Shown here: positions 19,588 to 28,480 of the stretch, in pieces
Layout: each line of letters begins with the position of its first letter
Position numbering within the stretch: position 1 is the first letter of the stretch
Source: Candidatus Latescibacterota bacterium
GTDB lineage: Bacteria; Latescibacterota; UBA2968
NCBI GenBank assembly: GCA_965222605.1
Contig: OZ244960.1
Coordinates: 4,416,001 to 4,480,000 of the forward strand
Reading direction: 5' to 3'
Length of the DNA: 64,000 nucleotides
Position numbers and translations under genes: made by a program
The notes under the pieces: generated by a model
Database searches by the model: none
Told to the model about the DNA's origin: nothing
Seen by the model: the letters and a program-made list of their open reading frames with translations, nothing else

Positions 19588-20373
19588 ATGTCAAACAGAA
19601 GAAGATGGACACGACAGGAGTTGCTTGTAGCATTTGGACTGTACGATCAAATACCATTCGGCCAATTCCATGCAGGAAATCCAGAAATCATTAAATTCGC
19701 TGAACTTATTGGGAGAACGCCGGGCGCATTGGCAATGAAATTATCGAATATAGCGCACCTTGATCCAGAGATAACTTCGACTGGTCGCAAAGGGTTATCA
19801 GGTGCATCTTATGCGGATAGAGAAATGTGGCAAGAAATGCAAAATAATTGCAATAATTTTGCAATAGAGGTAGAAAGGGCTATCAATTCTATTCTGCAAG
19901 GTAGCGAGTCTTACGTTGCAGAAAGTGAAAGTGCATCTGAATACCAGGATTACACTGGTCAGGATAGGATTGTTCCAGCCAAAACACGGATTGGTCAGAA
20001 TTTTTTCAGGAAATCGGTGCTTAGTGCTTATAGATATAGATGCTGTATCACTGGCCTTGCCATTCCCAAACTCTTGGTAGCCAGTCATATCGTGCCGTGG
20101 CGTGATGATCCAGCGAATAGACTTAACCCAAGGAATGGATTGGCTTTGTCAACACTCCACGACAAGGCGTTTGATCTCGGAATGATCACCATAAATCATG
20201 ATATGACAGTTCGGTTATCACAGAAGGAATTTAGTGTGAAAGATAAATTTTTTATCACTGCTTTGAGAAATTATGACGGAAAATCGATAGAATTACCAGA
20301 TAAGTTTCAGCCACATAAAGACTTTCTTGCATATCATCGTGAGAATATATTCCTGGAAAATCGCTGCTTATAG
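19588..20373 (+). CDS. HNH endonuclease (putative restriction nuclease)
   Basis: RIGQNFFR..VL.AY...CCITG, LVASHIVPW, NPRNGLAL..LHDKAFD. Confidence 0.88.
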   Translation: MSNRRRWTRQELLVAFGLYDQIPFGQFHAGNPEIIKFAELIGRTPGALAMKLSNIAHLDPEITSTGRKGLSGASYADREMWQEMQNNCNNFAIEVERAINSILQGSESYVAESESASEYQDYTGQDRIVPAKTRIGQNFFRKSVLSAYRYRCCITGLAIPKLLVASHIVPWRDDPANRLNPRNGLALSTLHDKAFDLGMITINHDMTVRLSQKEFSVKDKFFITALRNYDGKSIELPDKFQPHKDFLAYHRENIFLENRCL

Positions 20374-20381
20374 AGATAGTC

Positions 20382-22052
20382 TCATCGAATACGTCTTGCA
20401 CCTTGTTTCAACACGTAATTCGCTATTTTTGCACCCGTCTCATTTGGTCCGGCAAAGATGAGATAGTACAGCGGACGGCCTCTGGTGCTTTGGATTTCTC
20501 TTGCTAAAGAAACAAAGGGAAAAACACTTTGGAGTCGTTGGCGATACCACTTTACGAGAACATCCCCTGCCTCTTGAATTTTAGTAGTGTTTTCACCAAA
20601 TAAATCCTGTCCAGGCTCGTAGAGCAGGTCGTACCATTCGTCGGTTCCAAAGTACTGATCGAGTTTGTTGCGTTCCGCTGGTGTGAATTTCCCACTCCTT
20701 TTGAGTAAGCGCTGGATGGCCATGCCCACGGGGAAATTTATGAAAACCTCTATTGCCTTGGTCCTGCCTATTTCGGCAATGGTATCCCACGGGACCTGCA
20801 TGCCAAAAGGATCCATAAAAATAACTCCTCGCCACTGTTTCCACTGAATGTCCTTTAGCAATTCACGCAGATAGTCATTGCAATCTCTCTTACGCAGGTA
20901 AATCCGCCGACTTTTACTATCATAGTTATTCTTTAGCTCTTTAAGTTGATTTAGACGGTTTTGGTCAACTTCAATGAATATGTAGTCTGTAAAAGGGATT
21001 TCGAGTTCCAAGGCGACATGTGGAGACCCGCTAATGTATTCGGTTGCATCGGTATCCTCTGTAGCATACTCGGCGATTTCAAATAGTGATTGTTGGGTGG
21101 AATCGCTTGTTTGTTGTTGGCGGACTTTAAGCATTCCCGGTCCTGCAAAGGCATCAATGTAGAAATATCCCTCGAAATTCTGTCTGCTGAGAATGGTAGT
21201 GTAGGCCTGGAGATACTTTCGAAGACATTCCAGCTTCTCTTTTGCCCAGGGACCGACCTCCATGGGGGTATTTGAATTATCACTTGGCGCGCCAGCCACT
21301 TGTAATGAAGTGCCGAGCATTTGATTGTGTTTTATATCGGGATATTCCTGCCATTGCCTTCCATCCAGCGTATTTCCGCCTGCCTTGGGCGTGCGACCTC
21401 CCCACTGCTTAAAGAAGAAAGCGACGTTTTGCGCCTGACACTGATCGCGCAATTCACGCAGCCACTCTACTTTAACCGGACGCGCTCCTGGTCCGCTCTC
21501 ACCTCCGGCAATTACCCAATGAATATCCGTAAGATCCAACGATCCAAGCGCGCCGAGCAACGGCTCGAATGAAACAAAGCGCGTTGAGGCGTTGGTCTGT
21601 TTCAAGTGCCGCAGGCGCGTCAGGGCTGCAGCGTTTTCGATGGAAACACCGAGCCAGATATGCGGCGGAGCGGACAGGCTCTCATAGCGTTGATGGACAA
21701 AATCGCGCATCAGCGAACTGCGTTTGGTCAGCACTTGATAGATGTGCCAATCCGCCTGTTCCATTGTATCAAATACACGGTGGATGTACTGAGTGGGTAT
21801 GTCCTTATGGAACAGATCGCTCATCGAATTGACAAAGATGAGTTGCGGACGTCGCCAGTGCTTGGGTTCCTCAAGGCGTTTGGGACGAAGCGTGAGATCA
21901 AAGCCCGTCTCAAAAGGATGTCCCTTGACGCCACGGAAACGCTCCGATAATCGCTCGGCATAGCAATGATCGCAACCCGAACTCACTTTTGTGCAGCCGG
22001 TGACCGGATTCCAGGTGCTGTTGGTCCACTCAATAGTGCTTTTGCGCGACAT
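20382..22052 (-). CDS. DUF5131 (copy 2) fused in frame to a three-Cys-motif partner (TcmP-like) domain
   Basis: Residues 1-~240 are DUF5131; then VGPWAKEKL, YIDAFAGPG, DCN, FMDPFGMQVPW, PLYYLIFA. Confidence 0.85.
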   Translation of the reverse strand: MSRKSTIEWTNSTWNPVTGCTKVSSGCDHCYAERLSERFRGVKGHPFETGFDLTLRPKRLEEPKHWRRPQLIFVNSMSDLFHKDIPTQYIHRVFDTMEQADWHIYQVLTKRSSLMRDFVHQRYESLSAPPHIWLGVSIENAAALTRLRHLKQTNASTRFVSFEPLLGALGSLDLTDIHWVIAGGESGPGARPVKVEWLRELRDQCQAQNVAFFFKQWGGRTPKAGGNTLDGRQWQEYPDIKHNQMLGTSLQVAGAPSDNSNTPMEVGPWAKEKLECLRKYLQAYTTILSRQNFEGYFYIDAFAGPGMLKVRQQQTSDSTQQSLFEIAEYATEDTDATEYISGSPHVALELEIPFTDYIFIEVDQNRLNQLKELKNNYDSKSRRIYLRKRDCNDYLRELLKDIQWKQWRGVIFMDPFGMQVPWDTIAEIGRTKAIEVFINFPVGMAIQRLLKRSGKFTPAERNKLDQYFGTDEWYDLLYEPGQDLFGENTTKIQEAGDVLVKWYRQRLQSVFPFVSLAREIQSTRGRPLYYLIFAGPNETGAKIANYVLKQGARRIR

Positions 22053-22538
22053 GTAATTCCCCTGTGTGTCATTTGGACTAACAAAACATAATTACTGCAC
22101 ATAAGTATAGTTTATTCTTGCATAAAGGACAAGTATGGAGTATTTTGATTTTGTAAGGAATTGAAAATTTACGTGGTCGTTGCGGAGTTTGGAAGACCAC
22201 TTTCTGAGGACAAAATGGGCGCTCTTGATAAATTCCACAATAAGGCTATGGAAGTAGCGTTTTTCGCTGACCAAGAACGGCGACGAGGCAATGAGAAACA
22301 GGCGGCAGAGTTGTTTGAGCAGGCACTGGAGTTGGAGCTTAAGGCTCTTGAGGAGATAACCGAGCCTGTGGAACCAACATACTCCATACTGCACCGCAGT
22401 GCCGGATGGCTGGCTTTGGACTGCAATAAACCACGCTTAGCAGAGCAACTGGCCTGCAAAGCCCTTGCTGGAGAACCTTATCCAAAAATCGCTGAGGAAC
22501 TGCGCGATCTGCTGGCGGAAACCTATGCACGGATGCAC
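21333..22538. repeat. ~1.2 kb direct repeat, copy 2
   Basis: Homologous to 14216-15417. Confidence 0.9.
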
Positions 22539-22583
22539 GGCAAACCTAAGGGTGCTGCTGTGACCGAAACCGCTGATGACTAA
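22215..22583 (+). CDS. Small all-helical (TPR-like) hypothetical protein, copy 2
   Basis: Paralogue of 15094-15450. Confidence 0.8.
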   Translation: MGALDKFHNKAMEVAFFADQERRRGNEKQAAELFEQALELELKALEEITEPVEPTYSILHRSAGWLALDCNKPRLAEQLACKALAGEPYPKIAEELRDLLAETYARMHGKPKGAAVTETADD

Positions 22584-22683
22584 CTGCCCTTACATGCGAG
22601 TTACTCGCGTGCGTGTCCAGATTTCTACAACGACAAGCGTTTTCTCTGAATTCTATCACTCCAAAAATTCAGGAGATTAATCA

Positions 22684-24336
22684 ATGTGGATGTACTCCCA
22701 TTGTAATGGAATGGACATATATAGCCGCTACTTAAACGTGAGTCTCTACAGGGATAAGCCTCACTCCACCGGGAGTTTTGCGAAGGTCTGTAATGGGCGT
22801 TTCGGCCACTATCTTAAAGACAGATTGGAAATCCAGCGGATACCTTATGACCTTTCAATCACAGATATGATTGTCAAGCGTGCGCTAATTCCTGATCTAT
22901 TTGTAGAGTTGCCTTCCGAATATTTTGTAAGTTGGGATAACTATCCGCTTACAGGAGGCTCCGAAACGCCAGAAAACTTGATACCGGCTGATAACAATAG
23001 CATTTCTATTCTTACTTGGGGTGGCTGGTCACTTGAATCTCTCTTGCACCCTTATGATGAAGAACTGAAGAGCGATTTTGTCGATCGGTTCTCAGGAGAA
23101 GTCCCTCGAACTCTGAAGATACAGGAGCACCCTAATGGAGATTATTTTCGACCGTATGAAGCATATTTTTCCTATTGGAAAGGCTACATTTTTGTCGAAG
23201 CTCTCGACGGCTATGAACATATTGATAAATTCCTATCGCGGGAGATAGGTCAAGCAACTTTGATATCGCGATTTGCCGACGTGAGCCAGCAATGGGAAGA
23301 GAAGTACAAGGGTGTTTTCACACGACTCTCCTTTTACAGAACAGCAAAAACAATTTTGACCCTATGGGAAGCCCCTCGCCCTCCAACGACTTATAAGGAA
23401 CTTTCAGAGTTCATCCAAAAGGTAACGAATTGTAATTCTGAATTGCTGGAACAGGATATGGAAAAGCTCTTGATTTTGTTTGGAGACTGGAAAAAACGAC
23501 AGAAAGAGGGAGGACGGTATTATCCACAGGCGATAGAGCTTCTCAGGCAGGATATATATTTTCTCCTTGAGTGGCTCTGTACCCTGAATAGAAAGCCTCA
23601 AAAAGTCTATTTTGAGAAATGGAGCTATAATATAGAACCACATGATATTTGGGTACAACTCAAAGAAGTAATTTCTTATGAAGAATTTGAATTAGAAAGG
23701 AGATTTATTAGATATGTACCAAGCTATGCTGAGATTTTAAAAAAAGAGGGATATATAACGGATGTCAAAAGCGTTTATGCAAGGCTCGCTGAACACGAAA
23801 GTTTTTGGCCTTGGATTCGTGCTTTCTCCGATTTGCATGACCAACTGAGACACACCAGTTCTAAAAGACCACTGGTTTTCAAACAATCCCGAATTCTTGA
23901 TCATCTTCTTGTATTGGCAATTCGAACGGAGATATTGATTCGGGAGTTCTTTAGAAAAGCCACTCAGTTTGAAGAAAATCGGGACCTGCGTCTCGTATTC
24001 AATGAGTTCTCGCAAAAGTTACCTAAGGGGTCGCAGGAGCACAGTATTTTGTATGCAGTTTCGGATAAAACGAAATGGAAAAAAACCGAACTAAGCGGAA
24101 AACCTAACAAAATTTTTGGGAACATAGACCAGATTCCTCGACCAAAGAAATGGAGTAAATTTCAGCATCATATCTTTTTATCCATACTGCGTTTTGTAAC
24201 TGCACGGAATTATTTTGCTCACCACTCGTTCAAAGATGGAACGTTAAATAGCCAAGTAGAAGAACTGACGGGACAAATTTTGGTTTCTTGTTTGGAAAGT
24301 GTGATTTATATGGATTATGTTGTTCAGAAAATCTAG
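22684..24336 (+). CDS. Hypothetical protein with a C-terminal HEPN-like RxxxxH motif
   Basis: 550 aa, AT-rich, AGGAG RBS; RNYFAHH near the C-terminus. Confidence 0.7.
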   Translation: MWMYSHCNGMDIYSRYLNVSLYRDKPHSTGSFAKVCNGRFGHYLKDRLEIQRIPYDLSITDMIVKRALIPDLFVELPSEYFVSWDNYPLTGGSETPENLIPADNNSISILTWGGWSLESLLHPYDEELKSDFVDRFSGEVPRTLKIQEHPNGDYFRPYEAYFSYWKGYIFVEALDGYEHIDKFLSREIGQATLISRFADVSQQWEEKYKGVFTRLSFYRTAKTILTLWEAPRPPTTYKELSEFIQKVTNCNSELLEQDMEKLLILFGDWKKRQKEGGRYYPQAIELLRQDIYFLLEWLCTLNRKPQKVYFEKWSYNIEPHDIWVQLKEVISYEEFELERRFIRYVPSYAEILKKEGYITDVKSVYARLAEHESFWPWIRAFSDLHDQLRHTSSKRPLVFKQSRILDHLLVLAIRTEILIREFFRKATQFEENRDLRLVFNEFSQKLPKGSQEHSILYAVSDKTKWKKTELSGKPNKIFGNIDQIPRPKKWSKFQHHIFLSILRFVTARNYFAHHSFKDGTLNSQVEELTGQILVSCLESVIYMDYVVQKI

Positions 24337-24384
24337 GCGGTAAAAGTATAAAGTAATTGTACTCGGTGCATCTGTATCTTTTTT

Positions 24385-24633
24385 TTGGTTGCGGTTCTGT
24401 CCCGATCTACCCATCTTTTACCGACACGACAATTCAAACGAGGCTTGAAAGAGGATAAGGTGATACTTATATCGTGGTGGGTTTTTGTAATCATTGTGAT
24501 TGTGGGGGTCTGCATTTTGGTTTGGAAAGGTATTATTGATCTCATCATTATCCTGGTCGCTGGTGAAAAATGGGAACGAATTATTTTTGCTGTGTTGGCC
24601 CTTGTGTTTATTTTGTTTATTCGGTCAAGGTAA
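24385..24633 (+). CDS. Small two-TM membrane protein (start uncertain)
   Basis: Two hydrophobic stretches; likely start at GTG after GAGGATAAG. Confidence 0.45.
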   Translation: MVAVLSRSTHLLPTRQFKRGLKEDKVILISWWVFVIIVIVGVCILVWKGIIDLIIILVAGEKWERIIFAVLALVFILFIRSR

Positions 24634-24714
24634 TCTTCGAAAAAGAAAGGCCGTGCAGGGTCGAAACCACACGGCCAAAGTGTCTTGATTTCCACACGGA
24701 AAGGAAAAAAGACG

Positions 24715-25011
24715 ATGCCATACACACAGAAAAGTGACGCTTCTGGCAACCAAATAATTTGCACCTATTTCTCTGGCTAGGATGATTGGCTTGCCCACAA
24801 AGAGAGGTATCATTGGGTTGTGCGGGATATTCTCACTGGCGAGAAGATTATTGAATCACCGCAGGACTATCGTTCACAAGAAGAATGCGATCTGTCTATC
24901 GCTATATTTCAACACGAGGGTTCTCTGCCACCAGGCAAGCACGTTTGGGAGGGGATCAGGAACAGAAAACCGAAACCTTTTCCGCCGATAGGTCTCCATG
25001 GAAGGAGTTAA
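24715..25011 (+). pseudogene. YegP/DUF1508-like ORF interrupted by an in-frame TAG
   Basis: ATG at 24715 after AAGGA, TAG at 24778-24780, then YHWVVRDILTGEKIIESPQDYRSQEECDLSI in the same frame. Confidence 0.45.
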
Positions 25012-25013
25012 AA

Positions 25014-25238
25014 ATGCCAGTACCAGACACATTAGAACCAATTTCTCATTTTGTTTTTTTTGAAGAAAGCTCAGGTGTTTGGAAAGTGGAATTTAGAGAT
25101 ATACAAGGAATTCCGATTTTTCAGTTTCCGAAAGAGTATGTTTCATCTGCCGGGTGTAAACGAGCTATACGAATTCTCAAAGAAGCCCTTGTATTTGAAG
25201 AAAAGAGAGAGTTGGTTGATGGTTCACATGACCAGTAA
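25014..25238 (+). CDS. Small YegP/DUF1508-like protein
   Basis: AAGGAG RBS; GVWKVEFRDIQGIPIFQFPKEYVSSAGCKRAI. Confidence 0.5.
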   Translation: MPVPDTLEPISHFVFFEESSGVWKVEFRDIQGIPIFQFPKEYVSSAGCKRAIRILKEALVFEEKRELVDGSHDQ

Positions 25239-25263
25239 CACATTACAGAGAAGGTGGTAAAAA

Positions 25264-25482
25264 ATGATACTGCGACAACCTGATATCCGGGATCATTTAA
25301 ATCGTTTTATGGAACTTGGGCGGGAGTATCATTTGCAAGAAATATACGATTATTTTTTAGCGATAAACCACACGGCCTTAAAACACAATATAAGGGCGAC
25401 TTTGCAAACTGCGAAACGCAAGGGGCAAGTCAAGAATATAGCCCGTTCGGGTTGGCATACCAGAATTGATTATATACAATGA
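25264..25482 (+). CDS. Small hypothetical protein, possibly winged-helix
   Basis: AAGGTGG RBS; LQEIYDY...KHNIRATLQ...G.W pattern. Confidence 0.5.
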   Translation: MILRQPDIRDHLNRFMELGREYHLQEIYDYFLAINHTALKHNIRATLQTAKRKGQVKNIARSGWHTRIDYIQ

Positions 25483-25495
25483 GAGGGGAAAAACA

Positions 25496-25675
25496 ATGAA
25501 TCGAGAACAAGTTGAAAACGTTATAGAAACTCTTGAAACATTTAGTGCTCCACACGTTCACGTAGGCTCTCATTCTTTCAAACAAAGAATATTGGATTCA
25601 GATTTTACGGAAGATCAAATTATTTTAATCATATCAATTGCCGCGTGTATTGCAGACAGAAAAACTCGTTTGTGA
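25496..25675 (+). CDS. Small hypothetical protein
   Basis: GAGGGG RBS, MNREQVENVIE; tightly packed in the operon. Confidence 0.5.
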   Translation: MNREQVENVIETLETFSAPHVHVGSHSFKQRILDSDFTEDQIILIISIAACIADRKTRL

Positions 25676-25689
25676 AAGGGGGTGAAAAA

Positions 25690-25896
25690 ATGTGGGTTCA
25701 GTTTTTAAATTCAACAACAGAGATGTCTCAGCACACTTTATACAATCTTACAGGAGTAACCATCAGATTAGACCATGATTCTATACTACTACTCAACAGC
25801 GACAACTCCCACGAAGTCATTAAGTTTAAGGATACGGACACGGCCTATGACACATTCTTAGAATTGCAAAAAAAAATAAATCTGATTATCATATAA
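25690..25896 (+). CDS. Small hypothetical protein
   Basis: AGGGGGTG RBS, MWVQFLN; followed by a terminator. Confidence 0.5.
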   Translation: MWVQFLNSTTEMSQHTLYNLTGVTIRLDHDSILLLNSDNSHEVIKFKDTDTAYDTFLELQKKINLIII

Positions 25897-25918
25897 GATT
25901 GTCTCCATATCCAACTTT

Positions 25919-25952
25919 AAGGGCGTCAGAAGTCATTTCTGGCGTCTTTTTT
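25919..25952 (+). terminator. Intrinsic terminator
   Basis: gggcgtcagaa-gtcat-ttctggcgtc followed by a T-run. Confidence 0.7.
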
Positions 25953-26076
25953 ACATTTATAAGTCTCTCTCTTTCAGTGATTTACGCGAGTTGGGTGTAC
26001 AAAGTATATAATTCCCTTTTTTTGAATCGCGTAATTTGTGTAGCAAACCTTGCCAGTGTCTCTGCTTCCCTTATTC

Positions 26077-26472
26077 TCATAAATTCTGAGCCTCGCGCAG
26101 CCGCTCAAAACAGTAATTCACAAATTGCGGCAGCATGCCTTCCCGCGGTTCGCAACCGCTCAAGCGTGCGCCATGAAACAACCCAGCGAATGCAATCTCT
26201 TTTGAGGGACCAACGCTGACAGTAAGCATCACGTTTCGGTCAATGATCCAATCGAAATCCACTTCGCCGTGTGGTGTAGCGACAATATCTGGCCTACCGA
26301 TATGAGGCGGGAATTCGTCGATAAGTTTCTGGGCAATATCTACTGTCTCCGGAGCAAGTGCCATAGCACCTTCGCCATCCCAGTCTTCGGTTCCAGCATC
26401 TTCAAGTAGACTATGAACTGCACCCTTGAGAGCAGTTCGCTCCATATCCGGATACATGTGTGTCAGTGCCAT
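26077..26472 (-). CDS. Hypothetical protein
   Basis: GGAGAA RBS; DWDGEGA...P.IVATPHGEVDFDW pattern. Confidence 0.7.
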   Translation of the reverse strand: MALTHMYPDMERTALKGAVHSLLEDAGTEDWDGEGAMALAPETVDIAQKLIDEFPPHIGRPDIVATPHGEVDFDWIIDRNVMLTVSVGPSKEIAFAGLFHGARLSGCEPREGMLPQFVNYCFERLREAQNL

Positions 26473-26569
26473 TTGTCAGTTCTCCATCGCAGACTTACTG
26501 TCTCCAAATGCTTGATTATGTATGAAGACCACTTTTAGCATCGTTCATTCCTCCGGCCCAGCTTGCTTG

Positions 26570-26616
26570 TTCTCTCCCACATCCTTCTCACCGTATCCTT
26601 TATCTTCTTCTCCAAT
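26570..26616 (-). repeat. Orphan copy B of the hsdS 3' end
   Basis: ttctctcccacatccttctcaccgtatcctttatcttcttctccaat versus hsdS ttctccccacacccttcccaccgtatcctgtatcttcttctcaaat; encodes LEKKIKDTVRRMW. Confidence 0.8.
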
Positions 26617-26632
26617 GTCCTACCATCTTCCT

Positions 26633-28009
26633 CTATTCACGCTTCCTATGTGGCGGGGCGTTTGTGTTTCCGTTTTTGTAGTGTGGCCTGCTCGGAAATA
26701 TCCAGAAACGATTCGTGTCTTCGGGCTGCCTTTGTTCTAAGTATTCCACTTGATCCTTGCGGAGAATATGAAGCCTGCGGTTCTGGTCAAGGAAAAAGAA
26801 GAAACCACTGTTGGCAGCAATCAGTACAAAATCTGATGTTGACAATGAAAGACTGTCCTTGAGCTTGACGTCATATGCATTTATGCTATGTAGTTCTTCA
26901 TATCTAAACTCGTCTATTGTACTTCCCAACGAAGCCCACAGATGTGCAAAGAAACAAAAAATGAAGATAAGAATATATTGAGCTGGAATCGGTTTCTTGA
27001 AGTACTTCTGACACATATTGGGTAGCAAGAACATAGATAGGAAGATAGCTGTAAAGTATCCGAATGAATAAAAAAGCTGAATATTCTGAAAATATTCTAC
27101 TATAGTACCAATCAATGCCGTTGCTATTATAATAAGGCTATGAATTCGTCTCCCTTTGTGCCCATAGCTGATTTGGGCAATAGACTTTCGTGAGGCACTA
27201 TGATCACCAAGAAAGAAGAAGATTGTGCCCCAGACCGTAGCGGAGAAAGTATAGCCGATTCTGGAAATACTTGAGGAAATGTAATCTGAAAGGGTGAAGA
27301 ATTTAGACACATCAACACCAAACTCCCCGAGTAACAGATAGTTATACAGGTAGCCTGAAATTAGAAAAAGTGAAGATGCAGCAGAGATCAGAACTACGAT
27401 TTCTGAAGCCGAGATGTCAATCTTCAAGGCTTTGCGGTCAGCAATCGTATCTCTCAACTTTGCAATATCTTTTTTTAGTTTACGCTTCAACTGGCGTATA
27501 TCTCTATTTGTTAGAGGGGTAACCCCCAATCCCATTTTCTTAGCACGAGAAAGATGGTATTGGGCAAAGGAATCGTTCTCCAGTCCGATTTCTACAAAAT
27601 GCTGAATTAGACAATAATCACTCAAAATCTGTTTGACGCTCTGTTCCTCTTCTATTTTTTCCACTATCGAATCTACATCCTTCTTAAATTTGGAATATAA
27701 GGCATTTGGTTTGTCATAAGTTTCTCGATGTTCGTCCGGAATATCTTCTGTAGGGAAATTGTCATCTATCCCGAATATCTCTGGTTTGAGCAACCTAAGA
27801 GCAGCTACATGGACGACCCCATCGAAAGCCTCATCATCGCCCTCAAGACGGGCTTCTAATGTCATTTTCCTGATTAGGTTCTTCATTTTTAGTAATAGCA
27901 GAGAACCTACATCTATAGCCCGCTTAAACCTTAGTTGTTTTATCTTATATGCAAGCTTTAAAAAAAATAGAAGCAGATGTAATCGGTGTTTTTGAAGAAG
28001 TTTTCGCAT
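26633..28009 (-). CDS. Hypothetical multi-pass membrane protein with soluble N-terminal domain
   Basis: About 5 hydrophobic segments in the C-terminal half; the upstream in-frame extension is DUF5131 remnant sequence; start uncertain. Confidence 0.7.
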   Translation of the reverse strand: MRKLLQKHRLHLLLFFLKLAYKIKQLRFKRAIDVGSLLLLKMKNLIRKMTLEARLEGDDEAFDGVVHVAALRLLKPEIFGIDDNFPTEDIPDEHRETYDKPNALYSKFKKDVDSIVEKIEEEQSVKQILSDYCLIQHFVEIGLENDSFAQYHLSRAKKMGLGVTPLTNRDIRQLKRKLKKDIAKLRDTIADRKALKIDISASEIVVLISAASSLFLISGYLYNYLLLGEFGVDVSKFFTLSDYISSSISRIGYTFSATVWGTIFFFLGDHSASRKSIAQISYGHKGRRIHSLIIIATALIGTIVEYFQNIQLFYSFGYFTAIFLSMFLLPNMCQKYFKKPIPAQYILIFIFCFFAHLWASLGSTIDEFRYEELHSINAYDVKLKDSLSLSTSDFVLIAANSGFFFFLDQNRRLHILRKDQVEYLEQRQPEDTNRFWIFPSRPHYKNGNTNAPPHRKRE

Positions 28010-28058
28010 GTTGAAATAACCATTATGCCTGCAAAAGTTTGTTGGAACAGGCACTATA

Positions 28059-28424
28059 TCAATTGAACCAAGTGTGCCGAGTAACGGCTCGAATGAAACA
28101 AATCGTGTTGAGGCGTTGGTCTGTTTTAAGTGCCGCAGGCGTGTCATGGCCGCAGCGTTTTCGATGGAGACACCAAGCCAGATGTGTGACGGGGAAGATA
28201 GGCTCTAATAGCGTTGATGGACAAAATCGTGCATTAGCGAACTGTGCTTGGTCAGCACTTGATAGGTGTGCCAATCCGCATGTTCCATCGTGTCAAATAC
28301 GCGATGGATATATTGAGTTGGTATGTCCTTATGGAACAGATCGCTCATCGAACTGACGAAGGTGAGTTGAGGTCGCCGCCAGTGCTTAGGTTGCTCAAGG
28401 CATTCGAGGCGAAGGGTTAGATCA
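28059..28424 (-). pseudogene. Internal fragment of DUF5131 (copy 3)
   Basis: DLTLR...[22 protein letters not shown]...SFEPLLGTLGSID with an in-frame TAG at 28205-28207. Confidence 0.88.
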
Positions 28425-28480
28425 GCAAAGGTAATACCTGCTGATAATCCCGCAGCACGATGAATTCTGATATAGGCTCT

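Noticed and set aside
14153-22052. Prophage, suggested by the Gp37/Gp68 family name
   Set aside because: No structural, terminase, replication or lysis genes.
9440-28207. Genome-wide TAG read-through (in-frame TAGs at 9440, 24778, 28205)
   Set aside because: TAG is a normal stop here (e.g. lexA, HNH), and two of the three cases lie in truncated relics.
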